This document shows, piece after piece, positions 26,048 through 34,659 of a stretch of DNA of 56,170 nt (position 1 is its first letter; each line of letters opens with the position of its first letter). A model generated the notes under the pieces. The model did not search any database and was not told the DNA's origin. It saw only the letters and a list, made by a program, of their open reading frames with translations. Made by a program: the position numbers and the translations under genes. This stretch comes from Verrucomicrobiales bacterium. Lineage in GTDB: Bacteria > Verrucomicrobiota > Verrucomicrobiia > Limisphaerales > UBA1096. The stretch lies in contig NYWG01000003.1 in the NCBI GenBank assembly GCA_002684915.1, forward strand, positions 41,965 through 98,134, written 5' to 3'.

Positions 26048-28315
26048 TTAAAAGGAGTACTGCACCATCGCTGAAAGAAAGTCTCTATCATGCATAAAAT
26101 TATGAGATTCATTGCCAAAATATTCGGTATACTTAATAGAACCCTGCCAAGAGTTCTGATACGTAGCGGTGACTCCCAGAGTTACCGTTTTACGGTCTCG
26201 TAGAAAATTACCTAAAGGTAGAGGAGTATTTCCATCAACATCATGTGCAAATGCAATGGCAGGAGAAAGATTAACCCCACCATACACATCCATATAATCG
26301 ATTCGAGCAGCCAAACGATAACCCCAAGAAAAATCATCTGCAAAAGAATCAGCCGACTCAAAACGATCAGTTGCATGCCCGTTTGCTGCCAAGATCTGAG
26401 GCGCAAATGCGTTACCACTCAGAACCGTACCCGGACCATCAAAACGAAGCTTATCTTTGCTAGGTAGATCAGGCACAGCAGTCGCACCAACCTCACCTAC
26501 AAGAACCCATTGTTCAGCTCCTATCGTCGGGCCAAAAAGCTTAGTAACAGTAAACTGCGGCTGTAGTACATCAAAGTTTCTGTAACCCTGAACATAACTA
26601 TTAAACCCTTGAGATCCTAACTGGGTCATGCTGACACCATTCCAAGCTGGATTCAATGCCCCAAGATTTCCCAAAACCGGGTTTGAAGGAGTCAATCCAG
26701 CAACTAATAATTCGATATCATCTATCTGTAGCGGGACATCATTACGATAAGAAATCTCACCTTGAACAGAAATACCGGTGGCCCCTATCTCTGTGTTGAA
26801 GCTGATTCCATACAACTGAATATCTTCCGGATATTCAAAAATATATCTAGCTGTACCAGGGTAAAGAGCTGCCAAACTTGGCAATCCAGCAATTAGACTA
26901 TTTAGTTGCGCCTCAGTCCCAGCTAGCTGCGCCTCAGTCCCAGCTAGTTGCGCCTCAGTCCCAGCTAGTTGCGCCTCAGTCCCAGCTAATTGCGCCGTCA
27001 AAGTCGCCTGCTGGGTTTTTAGAGCTACTAACCCATCATTATTGGGGTCATTTGCTTCAAGTTGCGCAATAGATTCATTAACCTGAGCCAAACCAGCCTC
27101 AGCTTGACCGATCCCAGCCTCAAGTTGACCGATCCCAGCCTCAAGTTGACCGATTCCAGTCTTCAATTGGCCGATCCCCGCATTTAAAGGATTAATAGCG
27201 TTAGTTTGAATTTCAGTCTGAATATCTCTACCAGTGATAGCACTAATAAGAGGCAGCCGGCTGTGATAATTCAAAAAGTAAAAACCAAACTCAGTATCGT
27301 TGAGTCCCTCCGCAAAATAATGCGCTGCAAAACCAAATTGCCCGCTATCACTTGCCCTGTTGCTTTTACCACGCGGAATCGCGCCCGCGTTAGAAGGGAG
27401 AAACGGAGCATTTGCAGCACTAGGAGGCAATGTCGGATTGAAGCGTGGATTTGAAAGTGTAGGTAGCTTGGCAGGAACCCCATCTAGGAATGGAGCAAGC
27501 GGATTATCTGTCCAACTCGACATATTAGGATTACTGAGGCTACCAAAACCAAGCATCGCGTATTGACCTCCATCTCCTACAAAATCTTTTGTGCTAAAAT
27601 AACTACCAGCTGGATCGATCTCCATCTCCTCATGCTTAAACTGATAAAATCCCTCAAGAGAAAGATTATCTGTAAGCTGAATCGAAGCTGAAAGTAATGG
27701 AACAGGACGAAGTGCTTCACGTAGTTCAGAGCCGGGGACTCGGAATTTTTTAACATCAATCGGGTTGATAACATTAATTCCATTCTGAATGAATGTGCTC
27801 TCGCCCCAACTTAAAACTTGATTACCTAAGCGAATATTAACCGGAACAGAAAATGGAAGGTCATAAGAAACATAAGCATCTAACAACTCAGTATCACGAC
27901 CTACCTCACGTTTTGCAGAACCACTCAAAGGGCTATCACTACGATTATTTTCAAAATCAATAAAGTAAGTACCGCGAATAAAAATACTCACATCCTGCAG
28001 TTCCTTGAAAGCCAGCTCTAAATCATGCGTTCCTTTGGAAACATGAGAGAAGAGACCCGAGTCATAATTTAAGTTTGCGTCATCGCCATTTACAGAATAC
28101 GCGGTTCCTCCATTAGCTCTGCCAATTGAGCTCAGCTCCGGGTCGTCCACACGAAACGATCCTCCGTAGCTCAAGGTCGAGTCAAAGTTACCCTCAATAA
28201 TATCGTTTTCGAATTCAACTGCTTGCGTCGTGCCAGCTGCCGCGAGAAAAGCGGATAGAATAAATCGTTTAGCCATCTGAGATTCGCCTATGTTTTTGGC
28301 TTTTGAGTTAGTCAT
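26048..28315 (-). CDS. DUF1302 family outer-membrane protein with a coiled-coil insertion
   Basis: D.TLSYG, N.DD.NLNY, R.GNQV.SWGES.F..NGIN, YHSRLP, EYPEDI..YG.SF, DRDF and a terminal Phe. Start is ATG 28315 or 28276. Confidence 0.9.
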   Translation of the reverse strand: MTNSKAKNIGESQMAKRFILSAFLAAAGTTQAVEFENDIIEGNFDSTLSYGGSFRVDDPELSSIGRANGGTAYSVNGDDANLNYDSGLFSHVSKGTHDLELAFKELQDVSIFIRGTYFIDFENNRSDSPLSGSAKREVGRDTELLDAYVSYDLPFSVPVNIRLGNQVLSWGESTFIQNGINVINPIDVKKFRVPGSELREALRPVPLLSASIQLTDNLSLEGFYQFKHEEMEIDPAGSYFSTKDFVGDGGQYAMLGFGSLSNPNMSSWTDNPLAPFLDGVPAKLPTLSNPRFNPTLPPSAANAPFLPSNAGAIPRGKSNRASDSGQFGFAAHYFAEGLNDTEFGFYFLNYHSRLPLISAITGRDIQTEIQTNAINPLNAGIGQLKTGIGQLEAGIGQLEAGIGQAEAGLAQVNESIAQLEANDPNNDGLVALKTQQATLTAQLAGTEAQLAGTEAQLAGTEAQLAGTEAQLNSLIAGLPSLAALYPGTARYIFEYPEDIQLYGISFNTEIGATGISVQGEISYRNDVPLQIDDIELLVAGLTPSNPVLGNLGALNPAWNGVSMTQLGSQGFNSYVQGYRNFDVLQPQFTVTKLFGPTIGAEQWVLVGEVGATAVPDLPSKDKLRFDGPGTVLSGNAFAPQILAANGHATDRFESADSFADDFSWGYRLAARIDYMDVYGGVNLSPAIAFAHDVDGNTPLPLGNFLRDRKTVTLGVTATYQNSWQGSIKYTEYFGNESHNFMHDRDFLSAMVQYSF
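26903..26996. repeat. 21-bp tandem repeat, about 4.5 copies, encoding LAGTEAQ heptads
   Basis: Unit TAGTTGCGCCTCAGTCCCAGC at 26903, 26924 (1 mismatch), 26945 and 26966, with a partial copy at 26987. Confidence 0.95.
27093..27176. repeat. 21-bp tandem repeat, 4 copies, encoding IGQLEAG-like heptads
   Basis: Unit CCAGCCTCAAGTTGACCGATC at 27114 and 27135 (last base differs), with more diverged copies at 27093 and 27156. Confidence 0.9.
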
Positions 28316-28433
28316 GGATCGGCAATTCTTACCATGAATCATTGGCATTTCACATAAAAATTTATTTTATTTTTAATATTTAAACGCAATGCAAAGTTGA
28401 CCCTAAATGACTAAAATCAGAAACTCTCTTTTC

Positions 28434-29867
28434 ATGAACCGCGTATTAGTTCTGATAATCTGGGGCCTGATTTCCCAAGAGGTAGCTGCTTCAGCTAAAC
28501 AACCTAACTTTCTGATTATCATGGCCGACGATTGCACATACAACGACCTAGCATTGTATGGCGGTAAAAATGCAAAAACACCAAATATCGACCGTTTAGC
28601 AAAGCAAGGCCTTACCTTCAATAGAGCATATCTTGCTGAAGCCATGTGCCAACCTTGTCGCGCTGAAATGATGACTGGACAATATCCGCTTCATAATGGG
28701 TGTGCATGGAATCACTCAGCTAGCCGTACCAGTGTTAAAAGCATGCCCCATCACCTAGGCGCTCTAGGCTATCGTGTGGGTATTGCCGGCAAAGTGCATG
28801 TCAAACCAGCCTCAGCATTCCCGTTTGAAAACATCAAAGGTTTTGATCCAAACTGTGTTCGTAATCCAACACAAGACCACAACCTCAAAGGAATACAAAG
28901 TTTCATGCAACGTAACACCAAACAGCCGTTCTGTCTTATTGTTGCTTTAGTCGAACCACATGTGCCATGGGTTATGGGAGACCCCTCCAAATATCCACCA
29001 TCTAAGCTAAAACTACCACCAACAATCGCTGATACTCCTCGCACACGGGAAGACTTCGCTAAGTATCTTGCTGAAATCACCTATATGGATGGTCAAGTAG
29101 GCGAAATTCTAACTACGCTAAAGAAAAGCGGTGGAGAGAAAGAAACCGTGGTGTTGTTTACATCAGAACAAGGTTCGCAATTTCCAGGCAACAAATGGAC
29201 CAACTGGAACACCGGCGTCCATACTGCACTCCTAGCACGTTGGCCTGGCCGCATCCCTTCCGACAAACGTACTGATGCTCTGGTCCAGTATGCTGATATT
29301 CTACCCACTCTTGTTGATCTGGCAGGAGGAAACCCCAAAACTTATCCCTATGATGGAAAAAGTTTTAAGTCCTCACTTTTGAATATAACCACTAAACATC
29401 GTCAATTTGTTTACGGCATACACAACAATATTCCTGAAGGCCCTCCCTATCCCATTCGCTCCGTATCCGACGGCGAATATCATTATATACGAAATCTCCT
29501 TCCAAATGAGATTTACATCGAGAAACACCTAATGGGCTCACGTGGAAACGGTTCGCTTAATAATCCTTATTGGGGCACATGGCTTTGGGATTCATGGAAT
29601 AAACCACGCACCTACAAACTTGTTAAACGATACATGCATCGCCCAGCAGAAGAACTTTACCGCGTCAACGATGACCCCTATGAAATGAACAATTTGGTCG
29701 ATGATAAAAAACACAATAAACAATTGACCAAGCTTAGAGCGGAACTAGACAGATGGATGACCTCCCAAAAAGATCCAGGCGCCTTAGTAGATACTATCAA
29801 CGCAATCCAAGCCTCAAGAAAAAACAAACATCTTCACGGGCAAGCTGCAACAAAGACTATTCGATAG
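28434..29867 (+). CDS. Formylglycine-dependent sulfatase (S1)
   Basis: Signal peptide, PNFLIIMADD, TPNID.LA, CQPCR (CxPxR), GKVH, PHVP, EELY....DPYE.NNL. Confidence 0.93.
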   Translation: MNRVLVLIIWGLISQEVAASAKQPNFLIIMADDCTYNDLALYGGKNAKTPNIDRLAKQGLTFNRAYLAEAMCQPCRAEMMTGQYPLHNGCAWNHSASRTSVKSMPHHLGALGYRVGIAGKVHVKPASAFPFENIKGFDPNCVRNPTQDHNLKGIQSFMQRNTKQPFCLIVALVEPHVPWVMGDPSKYPPSKLKLPPTIADTPRTREDFAKYLAEITYMDGQVGEILTTLKKSGGEKETVVLFTSEQGSQFPGNKWTNWNTGVHTALLARWPGRIPSDKRTDALVQYADILPTLVDLAGGNPKTYPYDGKSFKSSLLNITTKHRQFVYGIHNNIPEGPPYPIRSVSDGEYHYIRNLLPNEIYIEKHLMGSRGNGSLNNPYWGTWLWDSWNKPRTYKLVKRYMHRPAEELYRVNDDPYEMNNLVDDKKHNKQLTKLRAELDRWMTSQKDPGALVDTINAIQASRKNKHLHGQAATKTIR

Positions 29868-31071
29868 CTCCCAATAAAGCTTTACCGAGCCTCTGAATAG
29901 CTGCCTTATCTCCCTGCATATGAATAGTGCGGTGGATATGTGTGGATGACTCATCTGGTTTAAGCTCAAGTGCTGGCGATGAGGATTCCAATTCATAAAA
30001 CGGCCCCAAAGGCTTTGCGCCAGGACTAGGCGGTCCATCATTATAACTGTTAACAACATCACCATTGAAAGGTTCATCCTGCAATTCCCACATCGAGTTA
30101 ACATAATTAGTTGCGCCTTTCGGCTTATTATACTGCACAAGGGTCAATAACTGACGAGTTGCATCATAACTTCCAAGTATCGACTTGGCACGTTTCGGCG
30201 AAAGACCAATTTTACTACGATATTTACCATCAGCAGAAAACCGAATCACACCGTCCTTTACTCTCAACCGTTCAGCCGGCACTTCCCCAAAATAATCAGC
30301 GTTAACAATCGGGCCTAAATCAGCCTCATCGCCCTCAACATATGGCACCAACACCGTCGTATCGGTAGAATGCTTATACATACCAAGTATCCATATTGAC
30401 AACAAACCTCCATGCTTAGTCCAAGCGGCATCTCCAATGTTAGTCAAAATATTCTCAGTCTCATATGCAACTATATCAATAGATGGAGGCAATTTCACAT
30501 CAAGGAGTTCATCAATACTTGAACGATCCAATAAACGCACTGTTCGATCAATTCGGATAAGGAAATGGGTGTCGGAGTAATTTTTTATTTTTGCCTCATG
30601 ACGAAAAGTAACCTCGCGGTCTGTTTTTGTTATTACTTCGTATGGCCGAGTATCAATTAAAGCAGGTGTCTGCCAGTGCTCCAGATCAAAAGGATCACCT
30701 TTCTTGAAAAAAATTGAAAACTGACCTCCTTCAGGCCCTAGCCAAAACCTATCCTCACCTCCATATGCATTAATGTGAGGATCATTCCGACCAGCTTCAA
30801 TAAGCTCACGGTTAATCCACCCATGGCTTGGGCTTTTACTACCTCCAACAGTACTAGTCATCACCCTGCCTTGGTAGGCAGGAACAATTGCTACCTTCGG
30901 CTTTCCAGGGCCCTGACCTAGCGTTATTACTTCAACATGTTTTTCCAGAAAAGCGACGTCTTGAGGGAATGTCATTTCTTTTAAGGGCTTCGATGAATCA
31001 AAACGGCTACAAGCCATTTGATTAAACGTCACCACAATAAATACAATCAGGATCGCTAATTTCGCTTTCAT
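29857..31071 (-). CDS. Conserved exported protein (DUF6786-like), probable lipoprotein
   Basis: QGRVMTST, GGEDRFWLGPEGGQFSIFF, SYNDGP, FYELESSSPA, and a QMAC lipobox-like site. Confidence 0.75.
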   Translation of the reverse strand: MKAKLAILIVFIVVTFNQMACSRFDSSKPLKEMTFPQDVAFLEKHVEVITLGQGPGKPKVAIVPAYQGRVMTSTVGGSKSPSHGWINRELIEAGRNDPHINAYGGEDRFWLGPEGGQFSIFFKKGDPFDLEHWQTPALIDTRPYEVITKTDREVTFRHEAKIKNYSDTHFLIRIDRTVRLLDRSSIDELLDVKLPPSIDIVAYETENILTNIGDAAWTKHGGLLSIWILGMYKHSTDTTVLVPYVEGDEADLGPIVNADYFGEVPAERLRVKDGVIRFSADGKYRSKIGLSPKRAKSILGSYDATRQLLTLVQYNKPKGATNYVNSMWELQDEPFNGDVVNSYNDGPPSPGAKPLGPFYELESSSPALELKPDESSTHIHRTIHMQGDKAAIQRLGKALLGAIE

Positions 31072-31092
31072 TAAACGCAATATAGCAAACTA

Positions 31093-32043
31093 CTATTTGA
31101 TTTTTTTAACGTCTGCAACCGGTTCACGAATAACCGGAATTGGCTTATTTGCAGTTTCAGGCACTATAAGTTTTGGTTTCTCCTTATCATTCTTACGACT
31201 TGGGACATCATCGGGTCGCAGGAGTTTCAAGCCACCTACAACAACAATTTTCCCTTCCCTGAAACCTAGACGCGGACGACTTCCAACAATGTTGTAATGA
31301 TGCCTAATTTTAATTACCCCATCAGGACTTAACACTGAGTAATTATAAGTTCTAGCACCAGACTGGCAAAGGACATGTAAATTACCAGTAGGATCCACTT
31401 GAGCAACAGGCTCATTAAAAGTTACCATCGGGCACACTGGAGAAACTTTATGCACCCGACCACCAGGACCATCATCCACTCTTACATAAAGAGTCATCAT
31501 TCTTAGATTCTTGGCTTTTTGAAGAACATATCTACGACGCTTAAGCTGAGAAGGAAGCTCTCCCTTTTTCAAAGGCACACCAAACATTTGCTGCCAAAGT
31601 ACCGAACCATTTACAATATCAAATTTAACTGGATTAACCGACAGCAACCTACCCCACTGTTTCACATACAGTTTAGCTGTAACCTTATAGCGACCGGCTT
31701 TTTCAAGCGCGTAATAGGAAGACAAATCAATTTGCTTAGTAGCGCGAATGGAAGACTCAACAGTGAAGCGGCCTTCAACATTTGGAGGCTCCGAAATAGG
31801 ATCAATAACCTCCCCGACCTCGTTTTCAATCTGAAATTGCAACCAATTATTATCTTCGCCAAACACTAGCGTTTGGCCGGAAAAATTTACTATTTTTAAA
31901 CGAACGAAGAAGGTTTCACGAGGAAGAAGCTGAGACTTATTGATTTCCAATGTAGCGGTAACTTGCGCATTAGCAGGTAACGGAAACCCAGCCACGAACA
32001 AAATCAAACAAAACAACAAATGATTAAAATTCACACGGTTCAT
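31093..32043 (-). CDS. Secreted hypothetical protein (beta-rich)
   Basis: 316-aa ORF with a signal peptide ending ANA-Q. No family recognised. Confidence 0.75.
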   Translation of the reverse strand: MNRVNFNHLLFCLILFVAGFPLPANAQVTATLEINKSQLLPRETFFVRLKIVNFSGQTLVFGEDNNWLQFQIENEVGEVIDPISEPPNVEGRFTVESSIRATKQIDLSSYYALEKAGRYKVTAKLYVKQWGRLLSVNPVKFDIVNGSVLWQQMFGVPLKKGELPSQLKRRRYVLQKAKNLRMMTLYVRVDDGPGGRVHKVSPVCPMVTFNEPVAQVDPTGNLHVLCQSGARTYNYSVLSPDGVIKIRHHYNIVGSRPRLGFREGKIVVVGGLKLLRPDDVPSRKNDKEKPKLIVPETANKPIPVIREPVADVKKIK

Positions 32044-32090
32044 TCTAATCTTATATATATTGGATTGAAGAAAAGTTTACTCATATAAAC

Positions 32091-33059
32091 TTAGAATGAA
32101 AAAGTCTGGATATGCGCCTTAGCCTCCAGCTTCTTAAACCATTTATCTGCACGCTCCTTACGAGTCTGCTCAATCAAATTATCTTCAATCTCATCTCTAA
32201 CCTCAGAAAGAGATTTAAGTTTGGTTTGGCGAATTTCTTCACACCGCATAATAAAACAGCCATTGGAAATTTGAACTACAGAACTAACCTGCCCTTGCCC
32301 GAGAGTAAATGCCGCCTTCTCTAAGCTAGGGTGAAGGCTGCCACCTTTCTTGTCCCATTGAGCGCGCAATCCTCCGCTGGAATTATTTCGATCACTATGG
32401 ATCTGAGCCATTTGTGTAAAGGATTCAGCGTCCGCTAATTTGGCATGGATCTCATCTGCTAAAATCCGAGTCGATTCTGCTCCTCCATGTTTTGCATTTT
32501 CCAAAACAATCATTCTAAGTTTTATTTCTCTATCTTGACGGTACTGATTCTTATTCGCGATATAATATTCCTCAATTTTGCGAGGTGAAATAACGATCCC
32601 CTTAGTGGATATAAACTCAGATCGCATGATAGAGTGAATCATTTGCTCACGATATTCATTTGCATATTCGTCAAAAGTTTGACCTTGAGATCTCAAATTT
32701 TTTATTAAACTGGAACGAGTGTGGCCCTCTCGTTGGATTGTTTCTTTAATACGCTGCTCGAAAATTGAATCTGGTAAATTATAATTCTTCTCGCGATACT
32801 CATTAAGCATAAGTTCCTTACGAATCAATCCTCTCAGTGCAAGTTGCTTGTATTTTTCCCTTTCACTTATGGGCAACGATGAATAAACCCTAGAAACTTC
32901 CATCGGAAGTTCTCTTAATACCGTTTCCGCAGTAATAACCTTATTGTTAACTATCGCGGCAATACCGTTGTTAAACTCCCTAGAAGACTGTTGCGAGCAC
33001 AGCTCCATTTTGCTGAAGACAACGAATAAGAAAATTAATATGCAATGGCGTCCTATCAC
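32091..33059 (-). CDS. SurA/PrsA-like parvulin peptidyl-prolyl isomerase
   Basis: IAAIVN..VIT SurA-type N-domain, F..MA..HSD...SGG, AF.L..GQVS parvulin domain. Confidence 0.85.
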   Translation of the reverse strand: MIGRHCILIFLFVVFSKMELCSQQSSREFNNGIAAIVNNKVITAETVLRELPMEVSRVYSSLPISEREKYKQLALRGLIRKELMLNEYREKNYNLPDSIFEQRIKETIQREGHTRSSLIKNLRSQGQTFDEYANEYREQMIHSIMRSEFISTKGIVISPRKIEEYYIANKNQYRQDREIKLRMIVLENAKHGGAESTRILADEIHAKLADAESFTQMAQIHSDRNNSSGGLRAQWDKKGGSLHPSLEKAAFTLGQGQVSSVVQISNGCFIMRCEEIRQTKLKSLSEVRDEIEDNLIEQTRKERADKWFKKLEAKAHIQTFSF

Positions 33060-33104
33060 AGTGAGGCAATGCTAATCTTGCAAGGAAAGCGCGGTCAAGC
33101 CGTG

Positions 33105-34427
33105 TCAGGGCTTTTGTATTGTTTTAGGCGATTTATTTTGGACCGGATTTTCAAAGAAAAATGCATCTTCTCCGAACGCTGGCTTCAAATCATCTAACCA
33201 AGTAGCCTTGGAGTCGTACTTGGCAAAGAAAATTCGATTTACCCAACTAGGGTCACGGCCTTGAAGAAATTTGAGAGCAAATACCTTCTCGCCCCCTACC
33301 TCAGTCACACCATCAACTAAGACCTTACCAGGGGAAGCCGACATGGAAGGGCCACGAACGGTACGACACAACCCTGAAACCTGATTATAAGCCTCATTAA
33401 AAACTTTAAAAGCTCTTATCAAAGGGACTTCAAAATAAGCTTTTGCACCAGTATCACGCTCAATAAACATATAGTATGGGATCATTCCCAGTTGCACTTG
33501 TTTACGCCAAAGCTGGGCCCATACATTTGCGTTGTCATTCACCTTTCGTATCAATGGCGCCTGACAGCGAATGACTGCACCAGCACCAATCACTCTCTTT
33601 ACTGCAAGTTGTGCGATATCTGGCTCAAGCTCTCTTGAATGGCTCGAATGCGCCATGATCGCAAGGTGTTTCCCGGCAGCTTTAACATCCTCAATCAATC
33701 GAAGAAATTCGTCTGCATCCTCTCCCTCCACAAAACGATGTGGCCAGTAAGCAAGCGCCTTTGTTCCAATGCGAATGCTATGTAAATTGGGTAAATCCTC
33801 CTTCAATAATGGGTCTATATAACGACGAAGTATAGATGTCTTCATCACCATTGGATCACCACCGGTTATTAACACACTACTAACTTGCGGATTCTCTCGA
33901 ACATATCTAGCAAGGTTATCGGCCTCTTTGCTCGCAAATTTTAAATCAGAATTCCCTACAAACTGCGCCCAACGAAAACAGTAGCTACAATAAGCATGAC
34001 ACGTCTGACCTTGAGACGGAAAAAACAAGACTGTTTCCTGATACTTATGCTGCATACCTTCTACCACTTCGCCCTCAAGTTTGGGTACATTCAATTCCAT
34101 CTGACCTGCTGGATGTGGATTGAGCTTTTCGCGAATCTTATTAGCCGCAATTTTAATATCATTTTGGGATGCTCCACTAACCACTAAATCTCGCATATGC
34201 CTATAATCAACCTCATCTAACATCCCTCGCTGCGGGAATGTAAGCTGAAAAATCGGATCATCCGGGACATCGGTAGGCTCGATCAAGTTCTCGACCACAT
34301 AGTCATTCACTCGGAATGGTAAAACTGCCGAAACTGCCTGCATATCAATAATTTGATCTGCACTCAGATTAAGCTTTTCTGCAATTTGGGGCAGATTAGG
34401 TCGACCAGTTGGTTTAAATTTTGTCAT
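33105..34427 (-). CDS. KamA family radical SAM aminomutase-like protein
   Basis: DPIFQLTFP, HKY..TVLFFP.QGQTCHAYCSYCFRW (CxxxCxxC), ITGGDP, IRIGTK, PYYMF, GPSMSA.PGK. Confidence 0.9.
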   Translation of the reverse strand: MTKFKPTGRPNLPQIAEKLNLSADQIIDMQAVSAVLPFRVNDYVVENLIEPTDVPDDPIFQLTFPQRGMLDEVDYRHMRDLVVSGASQNDIKIAANKIREKLNPHPAGQMELNVPKLEGEVVEGMQHKYQETVLFFPSQGQTCHAYCSYCFRWAQFVGNSDLKFASKEADNLARYVRENPQVSSVLITGGDPMVMKTSILRRYIDPLLKEDLPNLHSIRIGTKALAYWPHRFVEGEDADEFLRLIEDVKAAGKHLAIMAHSSHSRELEPDIAQLAVKRVIGAGAVIRCQAPLIRKVNDNANVWAQLWRKQVQLGMIPYYMFIERDTGAKAYFEVPLIRAFKVFNEAYNQVSGLCRTVRGPSMSASPGKVLVDGVTEVGGEKVFALKFLQGRDPSWVNRIFFAKYDSKATWLDDLKPAFGEDAFFFENPVQNKSPKTIQKP

Positions 34428-34659
34428 ATTCTCTTTATTTTCGTTTATCCTACACCAGAAAACGGAATTTAATTTATGCGAATTCAGCTAAACACCCATC
34501 CTTAAAAAAGCCTAAAAAACATATTACCGTCCAAACCGGTCTCTCATACTATCATAATCTATAAATATTAAAAGCTACGTTTTTTGGCTTTTTTATTGAG
34601 ACTAACTTGTCTTTAGCTTGCCCAATATTGTGTTAGCGTTAAATTTTCGCCCGTTCAAT

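Noticed and set aside
26903-27176. 21-bp repeat arrays as a possible CRISPR array
   Set aside because: Units are head-to-tail with no spacers, in frame inside a CDS, and there are no cas genes in the window.
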